Origin: Narcine bancroftii
Lineage: Eukaryota
NCBI RefSeq assembly: GCF_036971445.1
Contig: NC_091476.1
Coordinates: 31,372,001 to 31,436,000, forward strand
Direction: 5' to 3'
Length of the DNA stretch: 64,000 bases
Shown: one piece after another, positions 1 to 11,929 of the stretch
How positions within the stretch are numbered: the stretch's first letter is position 1
Layout of the letters: every line of letters starts with the position of its first letter
Position numbers and translations under genes: made by a program
Notes under the pieces: model-generated
What the model was told of the DNA's origin: nothing
Seen by the model: the letters and a program-made list of their open reading frames with translations, nothing else
Database searches by the model: none

Positions 1-490
1 TGTGGCTGACAAGTCCGATGTGGGACAGGCAGACACGGTTGCAGCGGTTGCAAGGGAAAATTGGTTGGTTGGGGTTGGGTGTTGGGTTTTTCCTCCTTTG
101 TCTTTTGTCAGTGAGGTGGGCTCTGCAGTCTTCTTCAAAGGAGGTTGCTTCCCGCCGAACTGTGAGGCGCCAAGATGCATGGTTTGAGGCGATATCAGCC
201 CACTGGCGGTGGTCAATGTGGCAGGTACCAAGAGATTTCTTTAGACAGTCCTTGTACCTCTTCTTTGGTGCACCTCTGCCACGGTGGCTAGTGGAGAGCT
301 CGCCATATAACACGATCTTGGGAAGGCGATGGTCCTCCATTCTGGAGACGTGACCTACCCAGCGCAGTTGGATCTTCAGCAGCGTGGATTCGATGCTGTC
401 GGCCTCTGCCATCTCGAGTACTTTGATGTTGGAGATGAAGTCGCTCCAATGAATGTTGAGGATGGAGCGTAGACAATGCTGGTGGAAGCT
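1..490 (-). mobile_element. RTE-clade LINE fragment (3' part of RT ORF), 5'-truncated, runs off window start
   Basis: Near-identical to 31238-31730; reverse strand encodes ..LRWVGHVSRMEDHRLPKIVLYGEL..RGAPKKRYKDCLK.. Confidence 0.9.
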
Positions 491-516
491 CAGCAAATTT
501 GGCAGAAACCAAGAAT

Positions 517-952
517 TAGGGGTTGCACAGTTGGTGTAGTGGTTAGCGCAACTTCTTTAGAGCCCCAGCGATTGGGACTGAGGTTGGAATTTTTTGCTGT
601 CTCTCCCCACGTCTGGGTGGATTTTTCCAAGAGGCTCCGGTTTCCTCCCGTCGTTCCAAACGTACCAGTATATACTGCTGTGTATGAGTGGATGGCCCGC
701 CCACTGATGGCTCCTTGTGACCTGGCCATAAAGGTCGACTTCCCTCCCAACCCCCACATCCATCCATCCATCCATCCATTCATTCGAGCACATTGGAGTC
801 GGGACAGCTACAATCTAAAGTGGATCGTCTCGCTCTCAGTTTTTGGAGTCATTGATAGAGTGTACTACCAGGAGTGTAGGTTAATTGGGGTAAATTAGGC
901 GGCATGAACTCATGGGCCAAAATGGCCTGCTAATGTGCTGTATGTCTAAATT
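517..952 (+). mobile_element. tRNA-derived SINE interrupted by a ~200-bp insertion
   Basis: tRNA-like head (gttggtgtagtggttagcgca), ctccggtttcctccc core and tail ..ggcctg..gtgctgtatgtctaaa shared with other SINE copies in the window. Confidence 0.75.
665..865. mobile_element. Insertion in SINE, possibly a degenerate Tc1/mariner (Tc2-like) MITE
   Basis: Flanked by TACCAG direct repeat (663-668, 866-871); left end ccagtatatact resembles Tc2-type termini; contains (CATC)n. Confidence 0.3.
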
Positions 953-1289
953 TTTAAAAAAGACCAGATTCTGATGTGATATATAAAGTTTGACTATTAC
1001 CTGATGAAGTGATTAAACCACTGTTTCTTGCTCTTTAATATAACTATCCAATATTGTTTCAAACTCCCTTGTTCTGTAGTCTTAGTTTTATATATTTCAA
1101 TAAATTCAACCAATTTAATGCTGGCACCATGAGTCTGATTGATCGCAGTCATTTATAATCTATCATAATCATCAGCTCTGGCTAAGTTGTTATGGTATTG
1201 CCATTGTATCAAGTTTCTGGAGATTTCTACACATGGAACTAATCTGAATCTCCCACGCAGTACACAGGGTGTGCTATATTGTTAGTATT

Positions 1290-1530
1290 GTTTTTGAGAT
1301 GAGACATTGATCCAAGATCTTGTTAGCTTTTGAACCTGGAGTTAAATTATGTCATGGGGCCTTAACGAAGGAGATAGAGGGAACTATTTCCATACACTGG
1401 CTTATGTTGATAACTCATTTAATGACACCAATACACATTACTTGTTGTTATAATTTTGCTGTGGTAGCAAAAAAAAATTATTGTTAAATTATCTTAAGGC
1501 TGTGATGAGGTCAGAAATGAACAATTAGAT
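1290..1530 (+). mobile_element. Ancient Deu-domain SINE relic (SacSINE1/AmnSINE1-like)
   Basis: Degenerate match to recalled gatgagacgttaaacc..gtaaaagatcccatggc..attatcacattgctg Deu-domain consensus. Confidence 0.35.
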
Positions 1531-1772
1531 ATAAAAGTCTCGGATAATAAAGCAGGCATGAATAAAGTGGAAACATTTCATTTGTCAAATAGTTTCAAAT
1601 GAGGCTTGTATCACTGATTTATCATTTGTCAGTCATGGATGTAGCCACGCCCCTGTCATATGCACTTTAGTTTTTGATAGAAAATTGGGTAACTTGGGTG
1701 GAGAAAGTGGAATGGATGGAAAATTGAGAGCATTTCAGATGATCAGAGTGTACCGCCATTGGAGTTAATTTT

Positions 1773-1976
1773 AAATTTAGCACAGTAACAGGACTGTCCA
1801 GCCCACCAGCCCATGCCACCCAAATACCCCAATTAACCTCGTATGTTTTGAAGGGTGGGAGGAAACCCATACAAAAAAAGAATGGGGAGAAGGTACCAAC
1901 ACAGCACTGGATTTGAAGCTGGTTCGCTGGCGCTGTAATGGCATTGAGCTAACTTCTAGGCTAACTGTGCCACCCT
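1773..1976 (-). mobile_element. tRNA-derived SINE
   Basis: Reverse complement of the SINE at 517 (gggtggcacagttagc..tacagcgccagcga..tttcctccca..ggttaattgggg). Confidence 0.8.
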
Positions 1977-2239
1977 AAATTTTCTCTGTAGAGCTCATTG
2001 ATAGAATTATCATTTGGAGAACAATGGATACTTGATTTTTTTAAATTTGAGTTTGGAAGAAGGATCATTAGGATTTTCTGCTGCTCCAAGCAAGGCAGCA
2101 TAAGGGAAGTGGGGGAAGAGTTGAAGGGAACATCCCTGCTTGACCAAGGCTCAGATAGTCCTTTTGATGTACTTACCGTCCTAAATATGGAAGTTTTCTT
2201 TTTAAAAATTGGGTGACCTTTATTGATTTCATTCGAATT

Positions 2240-2640
2240 TAAGAATATTCATAGAAACATACAAATTGTCATCAAAGCCACCCACTCACAACCTCAAGCC
2301 TGCTCCCACAGTTGGCTGATGAAGAACCAAAGTAGTTCCTTAAATATATTAAGAGACTATGTCTTCCACCCTTTAAGGAAGAGAGTTCCAATGATTCAAA
2401 GCTCCGAGAGAGAAAAAAATTGTTGCCTCGATCTGAAATGAGTTAGCCCTTATTTTTAGAGAGTGAATCTTATTCCTTGATTCTATCACAAATAAGAGGA
2501 AACATCAAGACCTCACAAGATCTCAGGATTTTGATCGTTTCAGTCAGACATTTCTCACTCAGCTAGATTTCTGTGGTCTGTCAACCATTTTGTCAGAAGA
2601 AAATGCACCTATTCCAGATACTTGTCTGATAAACCTCTAT
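2240..2640 (-). mobile_element. Degenerate CR1-type 3' fragment
   Basis: agagttccaa..gagagaaaaaa..cctcgatct..ccccttatttt motif pattern of CR1 3' end on minus strand. Confidence 0.45.
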
Positions 2641-3071
2641 CAGTTTTTTTTTCCATTGTATTAATTAAAGTAGAATTACTGTACCACGGACCATGAAAGA
2701 TACCCTGACATCTGGTTTGTAGAGATGCTTCAATCACACATACACATGTCTTGAACTGCTTGATTATAATCCCATTTCACTCAATTTCTCCCAGGCTGAA
2801 GAAGTTAAAATAACGCATTTTATTTCTGCTCTGTAATATAGAATCAAAGTATTGGAGAATGATCATCCACATTTGAAATGAAATAGTCTTAAGCCTTCAA
2901 TTAGGTCCTGTTTTATATAGTACCTGATTGTGTTCCACAAAACCATCTATGGGAAGAAGAGAGTCACTCTTCCAACAATAAGGCCGTGACATATCACCAT
3001 GGGATAATAATGGTCAATGACTCACTTTGTTTGACAGTAGTTTCCCTTTTTCTAGTGTTTAATTTTAAACA

Positions 3072-3258
3072 CCTCACTGACAAAAGGCAAAGGAGGAAAA
3101 ACCCAACACCCAACCCCAACCAACCAATTTTCCCCTACAGCCGCTGCAACCGTGTCTGCCTGTCCCGCATCGGACTTGTCAGCCACAAACGAGCCTGCAG
3201 CTGACGTGGACTTTTACCCCCTCCATAAATCTTCGTCTGCGAAGCCAAGCCAAAGAAA
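3072..3258 (+). mobile_element. Severely 5'-truncated RTE LINE (3' end) with TSD
   Basis: Encodes LTDKRQRRKNPTPNPNQPIFP..CNRVCLSRIGLVSHKRACS*; TSD AATTTTAAACA at 3061-3071 and 3259-3269. Confidence 0.92.
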
Positions 3259-3689
3259 AATTTTAAACAGCAACATGTTTTCATTAAAATAATGGCCTGG
3301 ATGTAAAAATCAGCAGGGAAGCCACACTGCTGGACAAAATCTGTTCCCAAAGATCTCTGCAATCACAATGTCAGTTGCAATTGGGTGTAACCTACATGAC
3401 AATCAGCAACAATAATGATATCAAACAGGCAAGACAGCCAATCAGAGCGAAGAATTTAAAAGTGACTTCAAACATTTATAATTTTAGGGCCAGAGAGATT
3501 TTAAAAGCATTATAGTTCCATCAACTTAAAAAAAAACATACACCTTGTTCAACAAAATATATACATGTGCAACCAACTGGAAGAGAAGAGAATAAATGAC
3601 AATAGATTGAAATTTCTCTGTTCATCTGCATATATGTATTCCTCATGAGTTGGTGCTAGATGACCTCTATTGTAAAAGTGAATGCTATT

Positions 3690-4055
3690 ATGATGGAAGA
3701 AATGCTGAGGGACCAACAACCTGACTCCAGAACCTCTTCCTGCTGTTCTTTCAGACAGAAGATACAGAAGCCGAAAGTCCAGCTATTAGGCTCTTGAACC
3801 TCCCCAACCTAGTCTAACCTTAAACATAAAAAAGTCTATACTATTGAAATATTACTTTTTTTCTGACACCAATAGCAACTGTGAATATTTATTTATCAAT
3901 CCTTTGATATTTATGATTGCTTTTTCTGTCTTGGCTTTGTGAAATTTTATTTTTTAACTGTACATATATACCGTACATACCTGTTTGGCTGCAACAAGTT
4001 GAAATTTTTGTTGCATCTATACATTGTACATTGTACTTATGTATATGACAATAAA
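3690..4055 (+). mobile_element. Rex/Babar (L2-group) LINE 3' end relic
   Basis: gacagaagatacagaagccgaaagtcc..attaggctcttgaac..atgacaataaa tail, as in other copies. Confidence 0.5.
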
Positions 4056-5157
4056 ATCACATTGATCATTGATATGTTGTGCTTAATACAAACTTAAGAC
4101 CAATGAATTTGAATTAAATAATATTGCATAGAGAAAAATAGTTTATCACATTTCTGTTGCACTTTCTCTGTTCCATTCCAAGCTTTGTGAAGGATGTTAT
4201 ACCCAATGGAGCACTTTGTTACAATTATAATGCAGAGGATGTAATCATCAATTTGTGTCCATTCCTTGAACACAACCATCTTTCAGAAAGAGTACTAAAA
4301 TTAAATTCAAATTATCTGCTTTTCATTGATGTTTTCTGTGGATAAAATTGAAGCGATTTATTCCCTGGTTATTTCCAGAAGAACTTGCTTGGAAATGTTT
4401 ATATTCTTTCACTGCTAAGACACCAAAGCTAGTTATAGTTCTTTGGTGTGATAATCAGCGCAGAACACTGTTCTGCCTTTATAATTATTGTTACCTATCT
4501 AAATGGTTCCTTTCCTTTACAGTGTGAAATGTTGCCATGATCCATAAATCTGTGGTGAACTAGTTGTTTTTATCCATGGAACTAATTACATCATGTTATT
4601 AACCCCTCATCATGTTATCAACCCCTCAGTTGGTTGAGATCAGTATAAAATGCATGTGTGGATCACTTTCAGAGACATGCGAATAGCCTGAAATAAAGTA
4701 AGTTCTCACACATAGGATCAATTAGAACATGCACATTACACCAGGTTAGTGGTTATCAGTAGCCCAGCACATGGGAATGAGTGCTCGTGAATGGAAATCA
4801 CCAGGATGTAGAGTATCCAGGGCTTCCATCATAGAGCACCAGATTACACTTTTGTATGTGTGACCCCCCTCCCCCCCCCCAAGGTGAGGTCAAAGTGTGA
4901 GTGCATGAGAAAACAATAGGTACAGTAAAACCCCTGGTATCTGGCACCAATGGAGATTGATAGATGCTGGATAAGTGAATTTGCCGCTTGCTTGAGATTA
5001 CATGTTGCATGGATTGGTGAGCTAACCACAAGAGGGCGCCCATTTTAAACTTTCAAAGTTTTACCTATTTTTTCCAAGTTTTTTTTGCCGGTTACTTAAA
5101 GGCTCCTGTTTGCTTGAATTTTGGATAACAGGGATTTTGCTGTACAAATCAAGCAAA

Positions 5158-5189
5158 TGGGGGTGGGGTGGGGGTGGGGGGGGGGGGGG

Positions 5190-5232
<43 letters not shown>
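5158..5232 (+). repeat. (GGGGT)n/poly-G followed by (GA)n microsatellite
   Basis: Directly visible. Confidence 0.95.
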
Positions 5233-5233
<1 letters not shown>

Positions 5234-5539
5234 AAGAGAATAACAGACTGACAGTCCAAATTGATAATTATACAAAAGTCTTGGACCTGAGGGAACAAAG
5301 GGGAAAGGGAGGAATGTGTTGAAAGGAGCAATGATACTCTTTCTGATATCAGGTCTTGAAGTTTGTCCTTGGAATCTGCAACTTGATCCAGGAATCCTAT
5401 GTTTAAAATAATTCTTGGCTGTTTTGTTTTTTAAAAAAACCTCATTAAAAACAGTTCTAAGAAAATTACCACCCAAATTTCTAATTTCTGCTTTGTTTTA
5501 TTGCATATGACTTATTGTAGCTCATTTAAAGGACTACAT

Positions 5540-5750
5540 AACAGAGCAATATTCTCCTCAGTGTCCTGTTGAGCAGGATCCCTCTTTCAACATCAGTGAA
5601 TCAAATTATCTACTCGTTATCACTTTTTTTTATTCTTTGAGACCTTGCTGTGCTCAAATTGGTGCTCTATTACCTCAGTGGCTAAATTTAAAAGTATTTA
5701 ATAAGCTGCACAGCACTTTGATTGCTGTGAAAATCATACACCAAACACAT
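5540..5750 (+). mobile_element. Deu-domain SINE relic
   Basis: gagca..ttctcctcagtgtcctg..atccctc..aacatca..attatct..accttgctgtgctcaaattgg..cagcactttg matches recalled Deu-domain SINE consensus. Confidence 0.55.
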
Positions 5751-5811
5751 TTTTCCCCTCACTAACCTCGTCTTGTTATAATGGGACAACCTCCTACTCA
5801 AAATCAGTATC

Positions 5812-7310
5812 AAAATTTTATTGTCATGAACATGTCACGACATTTGTTGTTTTGAGGCAGCGTCACAGTGCGAAATATTGTGATAAATTACATTTTAAAA
5901 ACAGATAAATAGTGCAAGAAAACAGAATAAAGTGAGGTAGTGTCCATGGTTCATTGTCCATTCAGAAATCTGATAGCAGAGGGGAAGAATCTGTCCTTGT
6001 GTTGCTGAGTGGTCATCTTCAGACTCCTGTCCCTTTTTCCTGATGATAGCAGAGTGAAGAGGGCATGACCTGGGTGGTTGGTGTCCTTGTGGATAGAGGC
6101 TGTTTTCTTAAGACACTTCCTCTTGTAAATGTCCTATAATGTAGTGAAGACTGGTGACCATGATGGCGCTGGCAGAGTTGACAGTTCTCTGGAGGTTTCT
6201 CAGAGGTTTTTCATGTCCTGTGCATGGGAACCTCCATACCACACAATGATACAACTAGTACACTTGTAGAAATTTTTAAGAGTCAAAACTAAGGACTTCA
6301 GGAAAGGAAAGCCAGAGGTAGACAATCCAGTGATCATTGGGGAATCAGAGGTGGAGAGGGGGAGCAAATTTAAGTTCTTGCAAGTCACTATCTTGGAGGA
6401 TCTTGCCTGGATCTAACACACCAATGATATTGTGAAGAAAGCACGACAGCACCTCTACTTCCTCAGGAGTTTGTGAAGATTTGGAATGACAGCAGAAACC
6501 CTGACAAATTTCTACGGAAGTGTGATAGAAAGTATGTTGACTGGCTGCATCACAGTCTAGTATGGGAACATCAATACCCTTGAGTGTAAACCCCTGCAAA
6601 AGGTAATGGACACAGCCCAGGACATCACGGACAAAACACTTCCCATCATCGAGAATATCAACAGGTAACACTGCCATCGTAGAGCAACAGCAAACACTGA
6701 GGATCTGTACCACCTAGCACAGGCTCTGCTGCTATCGGGAAAGAGCTATAGGTGCCACAAGACTCACACCATCAGGTTCAGGAACAGTTGCTACCCTTAC
6801 ACTCATCAGACTCATCAACAACAAACTCAATTAGGGACTCATTTAAGGACTCTTAACTGTGCACTTTATTGATTACATTTTTTCGCTGTGTACAGTTTAT
6901 TTTTACACTATCAACTAATGGTAAAACTGCCTGGCCTGCAATAAAAAGGAATCTCAGGGTCGCATGTGATGTCATACATGTACTCTGACAATAAATCTGA
7001 AATCTGAAATTTGAATATTTGGTCACAAACCAAATCTCTTTATACTCCTCACAAAGTATAGCCATTGGTGAGCCTTCTTCATGATTGCATGAGCATGAAA
7101 GGCTCTAGAACAGATCCCCAGAGATGTTGACAACCAGGAATTTGAAGCTCTTAACCCTCTCCATTGATGATCCCTCTATGAGGACTAATTTGTGTTCTGC
7201 TGATTTCGTCCTGAGGGTCCACAATCAGCTCCTTAGTTTTGGTAATGTTGACTGCAAGGGTATTGTTGTGACACCCCTCAACTACCTGATCCATCTCCCT
7301 CATTGCTGTC
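5812..7310 (-). mobile_element. Rex/Babar-like LINE 3' fragment, split by an opposite-strand copy
   Basis: 5812-6280 and 7020-7310 are collinear halves of the same family as 6285-7010, in reverse orientation. Confidence 0.65.
6285..7010 (+). mobile_element. Rex/Babar-like LINE 3' fragment
   Basis: Plus frames give ..EVERGSKFKFLQVTI..IVKKARQHLYFLRSL..NFYGSVIESMLTGCITV*YGN..; tail gacaataaatctgaaatctgaa. Confidence 0.8.
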
Positions 7311-7339
7311 TGTGATTCTGCCGATTACTGAATTGAATT

Positions 7340-8590
7340 GTGCCAGACACTCGACAGACATCTATTATAACCCTACCAACTTCTACAACTACCTCAGTTA
7401 CATCAATTCATACCTTGTCCCTTGTAAGGATTCTACACCTTTCTCTCACTTGGTCTGTCTCCATTGCATCTTTTCCCAGCATGAGGCCTTCCATGCCAGA
7501 TCATTCAAGATGTCCTCCTTCACAAAACATGGCTTCCCTTCTCCCACCATCAACTCTGCCCTCACACATATCCTTCATTACCCACTCATCTTCCCTGGCG
7601 TATTTTTCCCCACACTCAAGGAAAAAATTCCCCTTGCCCTCACCTACCACCCCACCTGTCTCTGCATTCAACATATCGTGCCCACTTTTTCCACCACGTA
7701 TGACTTGGTCCCAGCACCAGACACATCTTTTCTTCTTTCGCCTCTCATCTTTCTGCAGAGACTGCTCCATCTGTGATTCCCTTGCCCACTCCTCCCTTCC
7801 AATGAATCACCCCTTTGGCACCTATCCCTGTGGTCACAGGAGGTGCTGCACTTGTGCGTACATTTCCTTTGTCACCACCATTCGGGGCCCTAAGCATTTC
7901 TTCCAGATGAAGCAACACTAGTGAATCTGCAAGGGTCATCTAATGCATCTTATGTTCCCACTGTGGTCTCCTCTACATTGGAGAGACTGGATATAGGTTG
8001 GAAGATTGCTTTGTTGAGCACCTTGGCTCTGTTCGCGCAATAGTAGGCATCTCCCAATGGCCACCCATTTCAACTCCCCACCCGATTCCCATGCCATAAT
8101 TTCTGTCCTTGGTCTTATCCACTGCCAAACTGAGACCACCCGCAAATTGGACAAATGGATGAACAACAGCTTCCAGCCAGGTGGCATTAACATCGACTTC
8201 TGCGATTTCTGCTGGTCACTCCCCTCCCCGCCCAACTATCCCAATGTCTCCTTCCCCCACCCTCTCTCTCTCTCTCTCTCTCCTTTCCCCCAGTTTTGCC
8301 TTCACAGAGACAACCCTTCCCCTATCAATTCTTACCATTTCCTTTCCTCTCACCTGTCCTCCTATCCTTATTCAAATAACACTTCTTGTCTGTTGATCTG
8401 TGCTCCTCCCCCTGTCCTTTCTTCCCTTCTCCCCATCCTTTCAATTCAGGTACCTGCCTGCTTTTTACTCACTTCCTGAAAAAGGGCTCAGGCCCAAAAC
8501 ATTGTTTATATATATTTAACTCACATGGACACTTCATGTTCTGCTGAGCACCTTCAGCAATTGTGTGTTTTTACCCATCACAGTCATTTA
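7340..8590 (+). mobile_element. Penelope-like element (RT C-terminus, GIY-YIG endonuclease, terminal region), degenerate
   Basis: TDIYYNPTN..YL, IPLALTYHPT, GTYPCGHRRCCTC, ..HCGLLYIGETGYRL..FVEHL, ATHFNSPPDSH; terminal gggctcaggcccaaaac and ctgctgagcaccttcagca. Confidence 0.85.
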
Positions 8591-10630
8591 GGGTTGTCTC
8601 CTCTGCTTCTTCTGAACAGGGTATGTTTTCCCCGCTTCTGGTGCCCTGCACTTGTCCGCTGTTTCTGCCGAGCACAGACATGTGTTTGCAGGATTTTAGT
8701 TTAAAAACATAATTGACTGCTCTAACAGGCCTTTTATCGCCTGTACGGAGATGCCAGAATTAGGTCCAGGTGATTGAACCATTCAGAACGTGTACTCCAC
8801 TCTCCCAGGTCTACACTAGTAGCAGAGCTGCCATTACAGTACCTCTGGAAATGCTGCCTACATTACAATATTAATGACATTTAGTGTACCTGATTGGCTG
8901 TGGGGTGATTGTGAACAACTGAAATCATAAAAGGAAGTAAATATAAATTTACCTCTTTGGAAATAATGGAAAGGAAATTGTGCATTACATGACAACATTT
9001 ATTATAATTGCCAAGTTGTTAAACTCGGTAAGGTGTTTTATGTGTGAGTAATGCACCATGAAATTGGAGGCAATTCTTCTATGTATCTGATGAGTGCACA
9101 TAAAAATGTCCACTGGGCAGGGAAGAGTTGTCAAATGGCATCAAATATTGTCTTCCTGGCACTAATATGTAGTATATGGTGGATCTGTTATGGTTGTTAG
9201 GTTGAAAGCTACACAGGATACAAGGACACATAAAGGGAATTGGAGAAGAAGAAGAATACTATATATGCAGCTCATCTATCCCTCCATCTATTATTACACA
9301 TTGCCACATGCATTATATGTCATGTCATATTTAAATACACAATGTACATTTATAAAGTTTCCAAATGAGACATTTGGAAATCACAGGGATCTTAGAAAAT
9401 CATTCATGTGTCCTTCTATCCAGAGCAGGGTGTAATATTTACTGCAAGATAGGGCCTCAAGATTTCAGCTACTCTTTGATTTAGCAGGTAGGTATCGCTG
9501 GCTGTAAATTGAAAACACATTTCAAGTTGAAAGTGATTTCTTTCTCATCAGCAATACTCAATGCAGATGCTTGGAAAAGAGAAATACAATAGATCTTTAT
9601 GGAAATCAGTTTCCATAACTCAGAAAATATTAATAAAGTTCAGGGGGTCAAAATATGATCCATATAGTTGATGCCAAAGAGATTGAGTTGGAGAAGCAAA
9701 GCTCAAGGTGCATGCAAGGCTATCTTGCCAATATCACACACAAGCAGGAAATAAATCCCATTAAAGCATCTTGTCCCATGGTTCTAAACAATAACATTCA
9801 AAATTTCTTCTTGAAAGATTTTGGCAATCATGTTATTGCTTGGCTACAAAATACTGACTGTGAATAATAACTTATAGCTTTGACCTCCAGTCATGAATTT
9901 CAATGCATTTAAAAAAAATCAGTGCCTCATTTTCACTCTCAATGCCCTCTGTGAGCAACTCCACTCGTGATGAGCTTGGATTTGAGAATGAGCCTTCAAA
10001 GTCCTTTTGTTGTGATATGACCACTGGCTACAAGTAATAGAGATTTGCTTCTCAGTTTCCCAAATAGTTTTGTGCATAAATCTGCAGGAACTGACCTTTC
10101 TTGGTCGGGAAAGTTCGAGATCAGATCCTTGACATATAAATGCAGAGATTATATAACTTCAATGTGCTTTGATAGTCTGTTGATTGTTGGCTTGATCTCT
10201 TTTGTACCATTTTTCTGTAGGTAGATGTGGTGCAAGGAGATATGCAATTATTTTGGTATCAGAACAGCACAAGAACTCCAAACTGATAAATGGATTATTA
10301 GAGGTGCAAGATGCAACTTTATTGGCTTAACTTTATATATTTCACACAATTCTACTGTCTATTGTGGACTGCATTGCAGCAGGCATGAATTGACTTCTTG
10401 TTTTCTGTGGCTAAATGACATGAAGCAATAGCACCAATGACATCAATATTATTGGCACAATTGAAAAAAGCTTCATGAATTGAGATTGTATAGTTGTGTT
10501 TGGATGGTTGAAATACAAGCATACGCTTTGCTTTCTCCAAACAATTATGTCAATGAATACCTTCAGGGACTGATTTAGGATTATTTTGTGCACAAAACCA
10601 ACACTGTGCTCAACTAACCTGTCATGTTCC

Positions 10631-11206
10631 TGTTAGAAACAGGTACCTTCACAGAAATTGCTCGAGACAAAAATTGAGAACAAAGAACATTTATTATACA
10701 ACAATGCAAAGTTTGGTGTTTCCCCTTACCCTGGGAATACACACATACACTGGGGCTCACCCAACTTTTATACAGTTTATTTCAGTATAGGAATACCCTC
10801 CCCCTTACATTCTTCTGCCTCCTGGAGAGGTTTGGGATTAGGCAATCCTGCCTGCCTACGTGTTGTTTCTGTGAACGTGGAGGACCAGGGGGTATCCTGT
10901 CGGTGTCTCATCATGTCATTATCCTCATTGTCCTTATTCACAAACCTGTCTTTGTTCTAATTTACACCTTCCCAACTCTAGGGCTACAACCTCTTCATAT
11001 GTAGAACTTGCTAATACGGCTTGCTAATTACATATGCAAAACCTGCTAACTAGGCTAGAAGACCCTTATCTTACTCAGACTGACTACTTCCTACATTCTA
11101 ATATCCATTTCTTATCCTGTTCATACTGGCTTTATTAATTTACCCATATATCTATATTAGTTTCCTCATCTTCATATTTTTATATCAGTTTTACTCATCT
11201 CTCACA
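10631..11206 (-). mobile_element. Solo LTR (576 bp; ERV or Gypsy)
   Basis: TGTTAGA..TCTCACA termini; perfect 4-bp TSD TTCC (10627-10630, 11207-11210); minus-strand TATAAAA (10766-10772) then AATAAA (10690-10695). Confidence 0.8.
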
Positions 11207-11306
11207 TTCCCTTGAAGTTACAAGTTTAGTCCAGTCAGCCTCCATTGTGTGATGGCAGAAAGGTGAAATAAAATTGGCCTTTGTAAAAATGGTTTATGTG
11301 GTGAGG

Positions 11307-11534
11307 TAGGGTGGCCATTCCAAAGGAGGACATGATCACAGTTTACCATGTAAATATAAAGATATATGTATATAGAAAACTATATAAATTTATCTATCTA
11401 TATCTGTATAATATATATGCACACATACACAGCGTTTGCATTTGTTGTTTTTGCAATACTGTTTAAATCTTACAAAATATATATAGTTTTTATGATAACC
11501 TATGACCATATCCTCCTTTGAAATGGCCACCCTA
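11307..11534. mobile_element. MITE with ~40-bp TIRs (hAT-like TAGGGTGGCCA ends)
   Basis: tagggtggccattccaaaggaggacatgatca.. and ..tgaccatatcctcctttgaaatggccacccta are inverted repeats; AT-rich core; no clear TSD. Confidence 0.75.
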
Positions 11535-11929
11535 GATCTGAATGATCCAGTGTCATAAGCTCCCACCTACAGAAATGCTTGAGCAAGATTTAAGATGCAT
11601 GGCAGGCCAAGTTTTCCACCTGCTTCTCCATCAATTTATTATCAGACCAGGGATGTAGATGCTCAGCAAGGCCTCAGCCTCGGTTACTTCTGAAGAGTAA
11701 TTTTGGAAGAGGTTCTTTTTGTAACATCTTTTTAAAGAGAATAGATCATGATCCAGAGGTATCCTTATTAATATTAGCAGCAAATAGGATGCCAGAGATT
11801 CCATCGGGAACTAAAGGAATAATCGAAGTGTAGACTCATTATTTTGACTTTGGAAAAGAATGAAGATTTGTGAGTTCAGGGAGGGGTATGTGATAATCTA
11901 ATACAGGTAAGAATTAAGAAGGATGAAGT

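Noticed and set aside
513-600. tRNA genes at SINE heads
   Set aside because: A/B-box-like heads continue into SINE body and tail; no complete cloverleaf.
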